In this document: positions 37,004 to 50,990 of the stretch, piece by piece
Numbering within the stretch: position 1 is the first letter of the stretch
Layout: each line of letters starts with the position of its first letter
Source: Dimorphilus gyrociliatus
Lineage: Eukaryota; Animalia; Annelida
Assembly (NCBI GenBank): GCA_904063045.1
Contig: CAJFCJ010000004.1
Coordinates: 1,791,713 to 1,855,712 of the forward strand
Direction: 5' to 3'
DNA: 64,000 nucleotides
The notes under the pieces: generated by a model
Told to the model about the DNA's origin: nothing
What the model saw: only the letters and a program-made list of their open reading frames with translations
The model's database searches: none
Program-made: the position numbers and the translations under genes

Positions 37004-39416
37004 TCAATTAAAAGTTGTACAATTCTTATCTGGGAAATTATCACAGTTAAATGCAGGTTCTCTGGGCCAACCTAGTTGAAATGAGGCTGTACAACTTTCT
37101 TGGATATTCAAGCAAATATTTTTACATGGCCTGTAGAATAGATTAATGTTAGATAAAAGATTTATATATATATATATATATGTATATTTGTATGTTACAT
37201 TATATTATTGATGCACCTAGGAGCGATTATAGCACAGTAGAATTGGGATACGAATTGATTGCATTTCGAAGAGAGAACTAAATTCCAAGTCAAAATGGTA
37301 TACTTTAATATATCTATAATACTTTTGTGATTTAAAGCGTTCGGTAAAGAAGCAGAAGTTATATTGAATTGTGCACACTGTGGTAAAGAAATATCTTGGC
37401 ATGGTTTCGAAGGTATTTTTACATCTGTAAAAGAATTTGATTAGCAATTAAATATGAAAAAAAGGACTCTCTATAGCAATCTCTTTAGATTACCTGTTAA
37501 ATTAAAACAAGATTCATGGTTTAATTTACTGGGGAATTGATCGCAATTGAAATTATGTGGCCAATGTAGTCCATGATTATTTAGAGTTTGCGAACAAGAA
37601 GTGTATATATCACGACACCATTCTTTACAAGGCATTTTTGCATTGTTATAGCAGTTTGGCCATAGCGATGAACAAATTAGATAATCAGCATCCTTACAAA
37701 TATCTCGACTTGTTTCTATAAAATGTCGAAGGTAAGTATTTTTACTTAAATAATCGTCTACATCAGAAAAGTTTCTGTGATTGAGAAAATTTGGTAAGGA
37801 GGTTTGGTTATAATTCAATTTTATAAGACATAAATTGTTGTTCTCAGTTGGATAGCATTCACCTAAACCTTCAGTTGTAGGTGATAAAGTAGTTCCATAA
37901 CTTATGTTAACCGAAGAAACCGTCGATTTTTTAGTTGTTAACGCGGTTGAGAAAGAAATCGTTGAAAGAGACGTTTGCCAAGTACTCTTTGTTATAGCTG
38001 AAGATAATAGCTCTACCGAGGTAGAGGTTTTGTCTTTAGTTGATTTAACTCCAGTAGTACCCGTTGAACTTGTTTCAGTTGTTGTAATGAATTTTTTAGA
38101 TGTTGAAGTAAAATCATTTTTAGTCTGAGTATGGCCTGACATGGGAATAGATGTTGAAGTTAACAGTTGACTAGACGTTTGAACCAAAGTAGTAACAGTT
38201 GATGGATGAATTTCAGTTGAATTTATACTGTAATTCTTACCTAAGAATATAGAAAGTAGGATTTAATTATTAAATAGTCAATATATGATATTTTTACAAC
38301 CATTTATAAAAAAATAAGAGATATCCATAAGAAAAATACCAAAATAATACCCATCTCTCTTAGGAATTAACGATTTATAAAATATATCTTTCAAGTTTTC
38401 TGCGTATGTTGCATTAATCTCTTCATAAAACTTTATAACATATTCAACGATAATAGAACCGTTGTATAGGTTCGTAACCATCGTATCCTTGTAAGAATTA
38501 AGCTTATAAAAGAGTGTATTATTCATCTGTCACAGAAAAAAGTAGCTAGATAAATTATATGTGATCTTTTAAAGAGGGGAGAATAATAAATGTAATTGTA
38601 TCTATATACGATATATATACTATATATACTAATATATATACATATTTACTGTTATTTGAAATTCATTAATAAGATTCTCTCTATATTTTCCATTAACATC
38701 CAATGATAATTTTGAAAAATGCTTATTTATTATTCTATGTCTGCATTTTAAAGTAGTTTTTGAATGATATTTATCATTTCCACCTTTTTCTGAAAAGATT
38801 TTTTTGAATATTATATTATGCATATTGTTAAAAAAATGAGACAGAATGAGAGTGAGAGAGGCGGGTGGGGGAGTAAAAGAGATATTGAAGGAGAGAAGAA
38901 AGGGTAGAGGGTAGAAAAGGAGAAAAAGTATATGTATACTAACTAGATAACAACGTTGCTAATAGAATTATTGTTGTAACAATAACACAAACTCCTATAA
39001 TTAATATCAACACCTTCTTTCTTCTTGTTGTATTGTATGAAAATTTTACTTGATGAATTGAGAGAGATGATCCATCGAAACTGGAACTGGACGATAATCC
39101 GTCAAAACTCGGATTAATCATCTACAATGAAAAGAGTATCTTTCAGTGAAGTAAAATATCCAAGTTGGTGGCTTTAATACAAATAAAAGACTAGGGACAT
39201 ATGTAAATCAGATTAATCCTCTTCTTTTGAATATTTTACCGAAAATGAATCAAATTGAAAAAGAGAGATTAAGAAAAATCATTTTATAGGCTATTAATAT
39301 TATCAATAATATTAAATTGATTGAAATTAAAAGACAGAATTCTAATCGTAATATTAATAAAGATCCTCGTTAAATACGAAAGTATCCTCTACTACCTGTA
39401 CTAGATCGTTTTTCAT
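37004..39416 (-). CDS. Type II membrane protein: TM - SEA - Ser/Thr stalk - Frizzled CRD - Frizzled CRD
   Basis: About 7 exons splice in frame: MKNDLVQ|MINPSF...TM|SEA (NGSIIVEY)|S/T-rich stalk plus CRD1 (10 Cys)|CRD2 split over the last two exons (10 Cys), with TGA at 37004-37006. The first exon is inferred. Confidence 0.8.
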
Positions 39417-40535
39417 GCTCTGTGAATTAATGAGCCTCATTTTATTAGAAACACGCTTTCCGTATAGAGACTGTTAACTTCTTTTTTAGGGGTGGCGCTT
39501 TTTTAACATTTTTTTTTTGATGGGGCAATCAGGCGTGTCTGTAGTTATGAAAGTAGGATATAGATGTCATTACATAATAAGTTAATTGAATTTTATAGTG
39601 CTTATATTTTATTCTCCATTATTTCAGTTTGTTCTATAAATAGATATATATGAGCTGCCTTTTGCAGTTCATTCTTTAAACTAACAACAGTTTTATCGAT
39701 TGTTTAAAATACATTCTTTCTCTTTATCTCTATATATTGCATATTTTCTAAATATACCAATACGGAGTTTTGATGTTTAAAAGCTCTTTTTATTCTCTGT
39801 TGTGTTTCAAATTTATCCTAGAAAATAAGCATTTTAATCGATTAAATAAATGCCTACCAAAGGATTTACTATCACTTAGTAGGAACTGAATTTAGGACAA
39901 AGGAAATAAAAAGAAGAGGGCACCACAATGAATCTAAATACACACGTCGTCTGCAAATGTTTAAAAACATTAATTGTTTCCTGATATGTTTAAGGGCAAG
40001 ATAACACTTTATATAGTTTTATTAAATTTTCAAGTTTTCATCTTTTAAAATTCTACATTAGATGTTCATTATTTAGCAGTTTTTTTCTTTATTTTAAAGA
40101 ATAAAAGTGATGTTTCTGATTATCGCTCGCTCATGCATGCATTATAAAATATACATAGCAGTATTTATTCTTCTTTAACTTGAAATTTATGTAAAAATTT
40201 ACGCAATTTTTAAAATAAAACTCCAAAGTAATAATTAATCAAAGGGAAAAGATGATTTAAAGTATTACACTTCAGCTGATTTACTTAATTTAAATGTCAT
40301 TGCAAACGCGTTCAGCCAGAGGTGAGCCATCTTGCGCCGTCTATGCAAATGAGCTTTGCCGCCATTGCTTGTATAGAAAGGCGGTGCGGATAAATACGTG
40401 ATTTTCTACTTAAATATATCGAATCTTTGAATGTATAAAGTATCACTTGTTTATAAGGTTCATGATACCTATCCGAGCTATTAGCATATCGATAAATTTA
40501 CCGTAAGAACTCTCAGCGATCCTTCGAAAAAAAAC

Positions 40536-43500
40536 ATGGCGAATAAAACGCTTATGTGGCCTGGAATGGAAAAAATACGCATCTACTGGATAATAAATAA
40601 TAAACTTGTTAAGAACACATCTTCTCCACCGAATACGGAGCAAGTATATACAAAATTAAGCGATATCCTTGACCTTTTTCCGGAAAAGTTGAGAGAAGAA
40701 GCCGAAAAGGTTTTGAACAAGTTTAGTGAGGATTTTGAAATTAAACCGAATGTTTTATTATCAAATGAAAAGTATGTACATCTTTCAAGTCTTTTGGCTT
40801 TTTTAGTAGTCTTTCCGAAATGCCATGCATTTCAATATGTAAAGGGAATACTTATGAGTTTTCTAACGAACTTTGGAGAAGGAAGTTGTCAAGGATGTGG
40901 TTACATAAGGAGAGATTGTATGTGTCATACTCTAGGAGCTACAACATTTTATGATCTCCCTCCTAGTATGCAACATTCTGTTGCTTTGAAAAGCTCAAAA
41001 GCATCTCAAACTTTAGACCTTGGTCTGTTCGAAACAAAGGATGAAAAATCTCGTATCGAAACTAAAAGGGAAAGAAAGCAAATGAAAGAAAATGAAACCA
41101 AGGAAGAACCTAAAAAGGATAGAAGAAAGAGCATGAAACCTAAAAAGCGACCTAGGTTGTCGGAGAGCGAATCAAAAGACGAAGAGTCACATAGTCCAAA
41201 GATAATAACAAAAAAATCACCAAAGAAGAGAAAATTTCCTGTAGTTGTGTTTGCTCAAAAGAAGGAGGCGATTATGCACAATGATAGAAACGAAGAAGAA
41301 GACGAAGAGGAGGAATTAATTGTTCCTTCCGATTCTGATTTTTCCGATCAAGAGATAGATGATAGAGACGAGGAGATTCAAAAAAAGACTGGACATAATC
41401 TCAGACCTAAAAAGCTTAAATTTACTAAAAATAATTTTAAAGTTCAAATTATTGCGAAGGAACAAGAAAGGAAAAGAAAAAAGAAAGAAAAACAAACTAA
41501 ACAAAGGACTGAAGTTAGACGAAAGCCGAAACGGGAAAAATTACCTGAAACTAGTTATTCAGCCAACGATACAATACCTTCTTTAATTGAGGCCAATATG
41601 AGAGCTACAGCCATGTCTGCCGGTTTAGCAGCTCTAGCAATGGCTGCAGAAGCGTCGCAGGCCATGCCATTTCCATTTCCAACTTCTCTTCCAATTCTTC
41701 CAGTTCCTCAAATAAGAGACTCAGAATTCGAAGAAAAAGATAGTGAAATGGATCGAATATTGAAAGGTAAGTAAAAAAACATTGAATCAAGCTGAACAAC
41801 GTTTTGATTTGAACAAATGCTCTTTTAGTAGATACGCGAGGAGTTATCTTTGGCCATGGCATTATTGATACAATCAATGGAAAGGTTGGAAAAGCGTATA
41901 TTCTTAGAGATGCTTTAACTGGTGGTACAGTTTATAAATGCATGGTTTATAATTGTAATGTTTACTTGGATACTGAGGAGCACGCGAATTTACATATGCG
42001 ACTCCATGCTGCTCACGGAGCTAAAGACATGAAATGTGTAGAAGAAGATTGCAATTACACGGGTAGTGTAAATAAGTGGTTCGATATGTTGAGGCACTTG
42101 AAGAATGTTCATCTTTATAAACTCACAAAAAATGAAAAAGCCTGTTTCCTTTGTGGCTTAGATTTTACAGATGATAAAGAGCTAGAGGAACATAGAGATT
42201 ATCATTATTACAACAAATACAGGTGTTTCTATTGTCAAGTAACTTGTAACACTTGGGTAAGAATGAAAGCCCATGCCAAACTGTGCTGTGGAGATAAAAT
42301 AGCTAAAAAGATTGATGAGAACAAAAAAGATGAAATAATTGAAACTATGGATCTTCTCTTAGATAAAGTTGAAAATGATTTACGAAAGGAGGGCGAAATG
42401 ATGGATGTTGGTAAAAGGGAAAAAATTGCCCTAATGAAGAGCGTTAGTATGGAGGATAAATACTGTTTAGGGTGTCCTTACTGCCATTTAGTGTTTCGAG
42501 AAAGAAACCTTTATACGGTTCATATCGACAGTCATATAGATAATGGAGCGTTTAAATGCATTCTTTGTAAAGAGGAAGACGAAGCGAAAGAGAACAAAAA
42601 AGTCTGGTCATCGTGGAGTGAACTTAAAAAACACTATAACAAAAACCACAATACAAAGCCCAGTTTTGTTTGTAATGTTTGTAACAGACAATTTAATCAT
42701 AAGGTTAATATTAATAGACTCTTAAATGCTATTTCTATATACGATTATTTTATAGGGAAATTATCGAGATCATTTAAGAAGGTCTCAACATGGTCAAGAA
42801 GAGCCCTTAAAATGCGAAATATGTGCTAAAGGATTTTATTCTCAACACGCACTAAAACTGCACCATGAATATGAACATGGAGGACAGGTGGGACAATGGC
42901 ATAATATTCCACTAAAATACCTTTTTAATATTATTCTTTTCTCATTTTTATAAATAAGGCAAAGTGCTTGCAATGCGATTATATTGCTGATAGTAAGAAA
43001 CAACTCCGTTTGCATACAACATTAAAACACACCGAAAGAAAATATGCTTGTGAAGAGTGCTCTAAGAGTTTTCTTTATAATCATCAATTGAAAGTATGTA
43101 CATTTTATGATATATTCTTCATTCTCAGATTTAATCAATAAAAAATCTTATAGTTACATATGGCAAAACACAAAGCACAGAAAAAGCACAAATGCCGTTC
43201 TTGCGACGGGGAATTTACGAACGCAACCGAATTACGTTTGCATAGACTTAAATCTCACCGTATTGGGCCTGCTCCAAGGCATTTATTCAACTGCGAATCT
43301 TGCAGTTTTTCTTGTACAAATAAGGCCACACTTCGTTTACATAACGTCGAAGAACATTTAGGTTTGGACGACGAAGAAACTAATTTGCTACCAGTAAGAG
43401 ATTCCGAAGAGGAAATAACTCCCAAAGAAGATAATCAAAGAGACAACTCGAAAAAGAACCTTTCTAAGAGAAAGAAACGTAAGTCAAAGAGTGGTGGTGG

Positions 43501-44536
43501 ACATCCGGATGAATTTATTCCTGTTACTAAAGAGGAAAAGAAACAACTTAGTGAAGCGAAAACGAAGGAAAAAGTTCACAAGAAAATCTTAATGGAAAGT
43601 TCGGCTCGTACGAGAAGTTTCGAAGAAAATACTTTTGCTAAAAAAAATGGAATGGAAGCAGTTGTCAATCAGCTACAACAACAACGAGAAACCACCGATG
43701 ACTCTTATGACCATTCTAAATTTAGTGGGAGGCGACGATCGGCTGTTGGTAATTATCGAGATATGCTGTCAGGAAGGGGCTTAGCCAGAGAACACTCACC
43801 AACTTCTGTTAAACGAGTAGACGACTGTCGTTCCCGAAGGGGACGACCATCGAGAAGTTCTTTTGATCAATCCGAATCGAATGAATCATTTGGAAGCCGA
43901 AATAGAGGAATTCGAAATCAGAAAGGTGGGATTGTTGGGAGTGGAACAGCTAGACCAAAAAATAGAGGACGAACAAGTGCCCCTATGTCAACTTTACCAA
44001 TTGTTTCAACGCCTGTGTCAAATGATGTACCTTCACCCGTCTTTACACCGATTGCTTTTGCCGATCATTCGTATTGTAATAATGAATCGTTGTCATATTT
44101 GTCTAGAGACGAGGGTAATTTTAGAGAAGAGTCAACCGACGACGTCGAACTTTATCCAAAGAAGTCCAAATCACCAAGGAATCGTCATAAGAGTAATTCG
44201 TTCAGAACATCATCCTGCTTGGATTCAGCCGGAAGTCTTGACGAAATAATAGGAGACGAGCAAGTCCTAGATCCTCAAGTACTCGACTCAATTCCAGACA
44301 AATTAGATGTTCAGGATGCGGCTAACAGTTTATTAGCTTTGACAAACGACGAATTTGACGATATCGAGCAACGTTCAAACGATTTGGATGAGATTGAACT
44401 AAATGCTGCCGATTTGGAACTACTTCGGCAAAATTTTAGTGAAAGTGCTGGTGCACACAACAATGTCGAACATGCTCCAAGCGAAGGAGTTGTTGAGGAG
44501 GTTGGTCAAGTTTCCGTGGAACAAAATGACTTGTAG
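40536..44536 (+). CDS. Multi-C2H2 zinc finger protein (about 12 fingers) with an unrecognised N-terminal globular domain, 5 exons
   Basis: Approximate exons 40536-41767, 41829-42703, 42756-42887, 42959-43033 and 43154-44536 splice in frame. Twelve CxxC...H-xxx-H/C units were counted, followed by a long disordered C-terminus. Confidence 0.85.
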
Positions 44537-44725
44537 AAAAAATGATGCAAAGAAGTTTGAAATTAAATGGAGAAAAGAGAAAAAAAAATGTGAAAAACAA
44601 TTATCTAAGCTAAACATTCATGTGCTTGAATTATTAAAGTATGAATATATTACTGTAAAATTTTCGTTTTATATTTCAGTAATAGATAACAATCAAAACA
44701 AACAGAAATTACACTTTTACTGTCT

Positions 44726-45193
44726 TTATTTTCCTTTTTCTTTTAAATAATCTCCTAATTTTTCGACTGATTCAATACAAACACTTGGATACATATTTTC
44801 TGAGTATACTCCAACAACTATTAAAGTTTGGGTTTTAACGAGAACAATTCCCCTTTTTCCGTGTTTTCCATAAATCGAATTTTTATCCGCTCGTACACAT
44901 TTATATAGCCTTCCTTCAAAAAGCACACCTTGTTCTCTCGTTGTATTCAAATTTGAAAAAGCATCACAAATTAACTGCATTTGATCGAAGGGAATCGAGA
45001 AGCCCACTGTGCTTGCCTTCAGGCTACAGTCTTTTTGCTTAATTAGAGCACCTCGTGAAACATGACCAGTAGCTAAAAGGGCATCATGTAAAAGGTTTTG
45101 TAACTGGTTTAGCTTTACCTTGTCTGGGACACCCTTTTTTTGTAAATGATCTTTTTTCGACATTTCATAATCTAACATTGTTCCTGTTGCCAT
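44726..45193 (-). CDS. PFN4: Profilin-4-like, intronless
   Basis: LQNLLHDALLATGHV...YKCVRADKNSIY...YSENMYPSVCIESVEKLGDYLKEKG matches recalled PFN4 (YRCVRADEYSLY, MYPSICVEATESLGDYL). Confidence 0.85.
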   Translation of the reverse strand: MATGTMLDYEMSKKDHLQKKGVPDKVKLNQLQNLLHDALLATGHVSRGALIKQKDCSLKASTVGFSIPFDQMQLICDAFSNLNTTREQGVLFEGRLYKCVRADKNSIYGKHGKRGIVLVKTQTLIVVGVYSENMYPSVCIESVEKLGDYLKEKGK

Positions 45194-45487
45194 TTTCCTG
45201 GAAATATACTATAGTTTCCTCTGTTGTCAAGGGAAGTATAGCGGAATCTATGGATAATGTGTAATGTGGTTCTCGTCCTAATTTTTTTCCCAATATTTAT
45301 CGGCCCAAGTTGATCAGGTATCCAGTCCACAACATGGCGGACAGGAATTATAAACAATAATCAATCTGAGAACAATAAGCCCTTTAAGCGGTGTTTTCTT
45401 TAATCGAGATGAATGAAATTTTCGTTGTTATGAGGAAACTAGTATAAATTTGTTTTTACTTGAAGTGTTTAGAGTGTTGGAAGGGAA

Positions 45488-48400
45488 ATGCTTACATATT
45501 TCTTAAGCTTTTACTGTCTGCTTATTTCTTTTGTCTACTCCGGGAATTCAGTACAACTCTCCAAATTTAAAAAGAATTCCCTTGAAAAGTTTGATATAGA
45601 AAAAGTTTCATCATATATATCAAAATCTATAAAAAAATTGGAAGAAACTCAATTAAATAGCAAGGAAATACAGGTAAGTTATTTCTCCCTGTTTCTAATG
45701 ATATGTAAAAAATGTTATTTTCCATTTTTAGCTTACTCTAAATAGCTTACCAAAAAAATCTCCTGAATACGGTTTACATGAAAAACTAGAATTGGTAATA
45801 CTAAATTGGTTTTCCATTTAAAAAAAAGAAAGAAAATAGAATAGCTAATCTAAATTAACTTCTATTTTTCATTGATTAACTTTTTTTATTACCAGCTGCT
45901 GGCTAAATTCGAAAAAACTTTTAATAATTTTAAGAGTAATCTTTCTGCATCTGCGAATATTACTCAAAACTATTATGAAAAATATTCTTCAGTTCGAATA
46001 TCTCCTAGAATAAATTACTGCTGCAATTTAAAAGCAAACATTCTCGAGTAATTTTCATTAACGTTCTTGCCAATCTCTTTTATATATTCGATTAATCTTT
46101 ACAGAGATAATGATATTTATACAATTCCAATCTCCTTCGCCAATACATGTGACCTTTATACAGTGGATTTGTCTAAAGCCATACCTAATCCAGGTCGGAA
46201 TTTAACTTCCGGTAAGTGATTAAATTTTATAGATTAAAAATTTGATGTTCTGTTGAAAAAGTCTCTTTGCTGTTGATTTATTTCTCATAAAACCTTCCAA
46301 TACTTTTCTAGTATTCCGGCAAAATTCATTGCATTTTCCCAATGGTACAATTAGATGGCAATACTTTATTGGTGCCAATGGGGTACAAAATGAATATCCC
46401 AGCTTTAATCCAGAATCTAGAGCAATTTGTCGCTCGGACGAACAAAGACATATCAGGGAATACATGTCTTCAACTATTACCTCGAAAAATATCGTCGTAA
46501 TTGTCATCGACTCTGGTTCAATGACTGAAAAACAGTTTGAATTGGGTAAATCAGCCGTAAAGTATTTTATACAAGTCTTAGGAAGAGGCGATTTGGTATG
46601 TGAACAAAACAATCTAATTGAATTTATACTTATTCTTCTGTATTTCCTTTTAACAGATATCTGTTTTTAATATATCGGATAGAGTAGATTTCGTAAACAC
46701 AAGAAACAGCTCAGATTTATACGGTCTCAGTGAAAATTACAGAAATTATCTTCTAGATTCAATTAATAAACTTCAGCTAACAAACAGTTAGTTTCTTCAC
46801 TTATTAATTACAGAATACAGATTATTTCTCCTTTATTACTCCTTTATAATTTAGGACATTCAAATCATACTCTTGGTCTCGAAACTGCTTTTAATGTTAT
46901 TAAGAATGCTATGGACTCGAAAGATCTACCTCTAAGCGAATGTTTGTTTTTTTAGTTTATCATGTTTCCTATGAGAAGAAAGGATATATCTACTTTTTCT
47001 TGACAGATAACCTAAAGATAATCTATTTAAGTTCTGGAACTGTTAACGGTAATAAAGAAGAAACGGTGCGTGTAGTTAAAGAAAAGAACTCTCAGTTGAA
47101 TTTCACAGTCGTTATCAACACTTACGTATTGGCACATGGTTCTTACTTTAACTAAACTTAACTTGACAACAATCTTAATTGATTTTCTTTCCTTACTACT
47201 ATTTTTAGAAAACAAAGTTATCACTTTCGAGCATAAATTCATGAAAGAGATTGCTGGACAGGTATATCAGATATTGTTTAAAAGAGCAATTATATATTCT
47301 TATCCATGTTCTTCTATACTCTTTCGCAGACTGGTCACAGTAAGATAATTAAGAACGCAAATGAAGTCAAGCATACTTTTGATGAATTAAAAGCAATAGA
47401 CTTTCGAGAAGAATATGTTTTACATTGGCCAAAATATGATAAATACTCGAAAGGTTTATAATCTTTTATCATTTTTCTATCAAATAAAACAATATTTAAT
47501 ATATTTTCTTTTTACTTAAAGGAGTAATTATCGCCCTATCCAAAAATGTTAATGTAGACACAAGTAGTTTAGGAGTTGTTGGCATGGATATTGATTTTGC
47601 TGCTCTTTTTGAAGATTTTTTCAGTTTTCAGTCTGATCTTACTTATGCATTTTTAATGAATTTAAAAGGTAAAGCTGTTTAAATACTTTGCGATTTAAGA
47701 GAATAATAATTATTTTATTAATATTTCTATTAGGCGAAACGATAATTCATCCAAAACTGGGGAAACCTTCGGAATTACAGCGCCCTACTGTTGTAGTTAA
47801 AATAGATGAATTGGAAGAATCTAGCCAGTTTCCCAAAACTCTCAAAGCAATTTTAAGGTTTCTTAAAATACGTGTTTTCTCTTATTAAAAAAAAGCAATT
47901 TTCTCTCTCATCAATAGGAGTGAAATGGGATCTAAAAGCTTTGAAGAAGTAGAAAGAACTAACTCTAAAGACAAAATTTACAAAGTGAAATATGTTTGGA
48001 AAAAATTATCGATTCGTATAGAACGATCTCCGTTAATTCTTGTCTTGAAGAGTCGTACAAATACGAAATATGAACCGAAAATATTCGATTCCAGCCAATT
48101 CGATTCCAGTTTGTTCTACTTCTATTTTTTTTAGATTTTAATATAAAAAGGAAAATAATGTAATTCTACTTAATTAGATCAAATTTCTCGTATACGCTAT
48201 TATCGTCTGGATAGTACTACATCAGTCCCGAAATGTTACAACTTCAAACAGTTGGCTACGAATGGTTTGTGTTTATATAATCAAAAACGAGCTATTTAAG
48301 TTATAAATATTTGGTCTTTTTGTTAATAACAGTTACATCAACACTTTTTCTGGCCCCAAAAGCATTTGTCAAGTCTTATAAACACTTAAAATACGAAGAA

Positions 48401-50771
48401 GCCGACGAAAAGATTGCTTCCCTCTTGTTATTTTTGAATCAAAAGCCAAAAATGAATCTCCAATCTAAAAGTCTTCATGTTAGTACTTATATGAAAGGTA
48501 AAGTGAATATTTGAAGTTTCTTTTCTGTGTGATTTTAGAAGGAAATTAGAGGTTTCGCAAAAGCTTTGTCAACCATTGGTGAGATTTTTTCAAAATCCTT
48601 AAAAAGGGGTTGGAATAAACGAGTTGTTAGGAAGATGATTGCCGCCTCTAACGGAGTAATGTTTACTTTTCCTGGTACTTTAATTGATAAGAGCTTTGAT
48701 CCAACTCAAAGTCAATGGTTTGTTTCCTCTTTAAAATTGAATACCGTTTGGAATGTCGAATAGTTAAAAAATTACATTTTTTCTCAGGTTTAGAGGTGCC
48801 ATCAAACAAGATGGCGGATTATCTTTTACATCTCCTTACTTAGACGTTGGTGGGGCTGGCTATATAATAACGCTAAGCCGTGCTCTTTCCAGTTCCATGT
48901 TTGTACTCCCAAATATATATTAATTCATCAATAATCATAAATACTTATAGATATAGAAAAGATGTTGTCTCGGCTATGGATCTAACCGCTGATCACTTAT
49001 ACAACATTTTGCTAAAAGGATATTCAACTTGCCATAAGAGTGATTATCGATGCTTCTTAGTAAATTCTGAAGGCTATATTGTTGCACATCGAAATTTGGT
49101 TATGGGTGGCGATAAAATTTTAGGAGAGAACATTCATATAAATCATAAAGAAACTCATATTGCAAGACATTTATTATATAAATTACATATTCTACAAAAA
49201 AGAATATGTAATGATTACATTCATCAAACAGTACAATATTCCTATGCTGTAAGTTAATACTATAATTTGAAATGTGATTTATTTATTACGAAGATATATT
49301 TAATATACAGTTCAATGAAAGTTTAAACAAAACATTCTACGGAAGTAATGGTTGTATGGAATATAAGGTATACTTTAGTCTATTCATAGCCTTAATAATA
49401 TACTCAATGTGTTGTATAGAATAAATACAGTATGAACACGTAGACTCATTGATGAAAAAACAAATATATTTATATATATGTATATTTTATTTTTTGCTTT
49501 TTACCGTTTTGTAGATAACGCCAGTCAAAGACACAAATTTGTTCTTGATAGTATCGAAGACAGATAAGTCATGTCAAGCCCAAGCATTCTGCTATTGCAA
49601 TCAAAGGAAACAGGAAAGAAAATGTATAACATGTTTTCAGGAAAATATGAGTGTTGGGGACGAATGCAAATGTCCTTGTGAATGTCCTTTAAAAATGGAT
49701 TATCGGACCAATCAAGTCATTAAAAGCTTCCGTAATTATCCATCTTGCGAGGCTCCTTATAGTATTCAAAAATCAATTGATGCCAAGAAATTTGGTAAAC
49801 TTCGTCCGTGCATTAGGGTGAATTGTGGTGATTTTAAAAAGGAAATTGATTGTATGGGTATTATGGATTGCGTTTGGTGTAATCGTCAAAAAGATGGAAA
49901 ATCTCTTACAAATCCGTATTGTACTAGGCAACAAGTTTGCTTTGCTGGTATTCTTGGCGGAGATACTCCTTATCATAATAATGTTGATACGGGTAAGCTA
50001 TAGAATAAATGAGTACGTTCATGGTTCCTCAGCAATTTATATTCAATAGATTATACTACAATAAAGCCTATTGAAACTACTCCGATAGGACCTATTGCTG
50101 GAGGTATAATGGGATTATTGTTGGCATTTGCTCTTATTGTATATTGTGTTAGGTAAGATATAAAATAGAATAAGATATTCGGGAAGAGATATTAAATTAA
50201 TTATTCTCTAGGCATCAATCTAATCGTCATGAAATGCAATATATCAGCACCTGTTCAGACCCGCAACAATCCTTACGAATGTCTCATATTGAACAAGATT
50301 TAGATGACCTTGAAGATTCCGGTAACCATTACTCAGCTCATACAAATACAATGCTCATCATTGATGAAGGAGGCACAGCAGCAAATATATCACCATATAA
50401 AATGAATCCTAATTACAAAAGACCTAATAATCAAAGTCAGAATAGCGATCACGGTTATAGGTTTGAAACAACTATTAATTTAAATTCGTTAATAATAATA
50501 GTCGTTTATTTTTCAACTTTAAAGCACAATGACACCTCTATCTCACGATGATGCTGCTAGTTTTACAAATGCTAGTACAAGAAATGATGTCATATCGAGA
50601 AGATCAAGAAGACCTCCTCCAAAATTTTCAGGATCTAAAGCGGGCTGTATACCTCCACCTCCGCGAAGGAAAGATTCAGCCGATAAGGCAAAGGCAGATG
50701 AATATACGAGGCTGAGTGCTAATTCCTTAGTTACTCAAGCTACTGTTCATAATTCTGGTTGTGTGGCATGA
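45488..50771 (+). CDS. CACHD1: VWA and cache domain-containing protein 1 (alpha2delta-like), multi-exon
   Basis: Signal peptide, VWA (IVVIVIDSGSMTE), cache regions, Cys-rich region and TM helix (GPIAGGIMG...). The cytoplasmic tail has DHGYSTM and a terminal ATVH motif characteristic of CACHD1. Confidence 0.88.
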
Positions 50772-50947
50772 TTGTAGTTACAAGACTTTTAGATATAAAC
50801 GAAGAAGAAACTCAATACATTCACAGCTTTTTGTTTTTTATTGTAATTTTTTAGATTTTTTCTTTATGAATGAGTTTTTTATGTAGAAAATACAGAGAAT
50901 TAACTGTATTCTGTTTCAAACTACTCCCATGCTCAGCTCTGTCATGC

Positions 50948-50986
<39 letters not shown>
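50948..50986. repeat. (AAT)13 microsatellite
   Basis: Read directly from the sequence. Confidence 0.95.

Positions 50987-50990
<4 letters not shown>

Noticed and set aside
46509-46523. CACHD1 VWA lacks a canonical DxSxS MIDAS (reads DSGSM)
   Set aside because: A degenerate MIDAS is already a known property of CACHD1.
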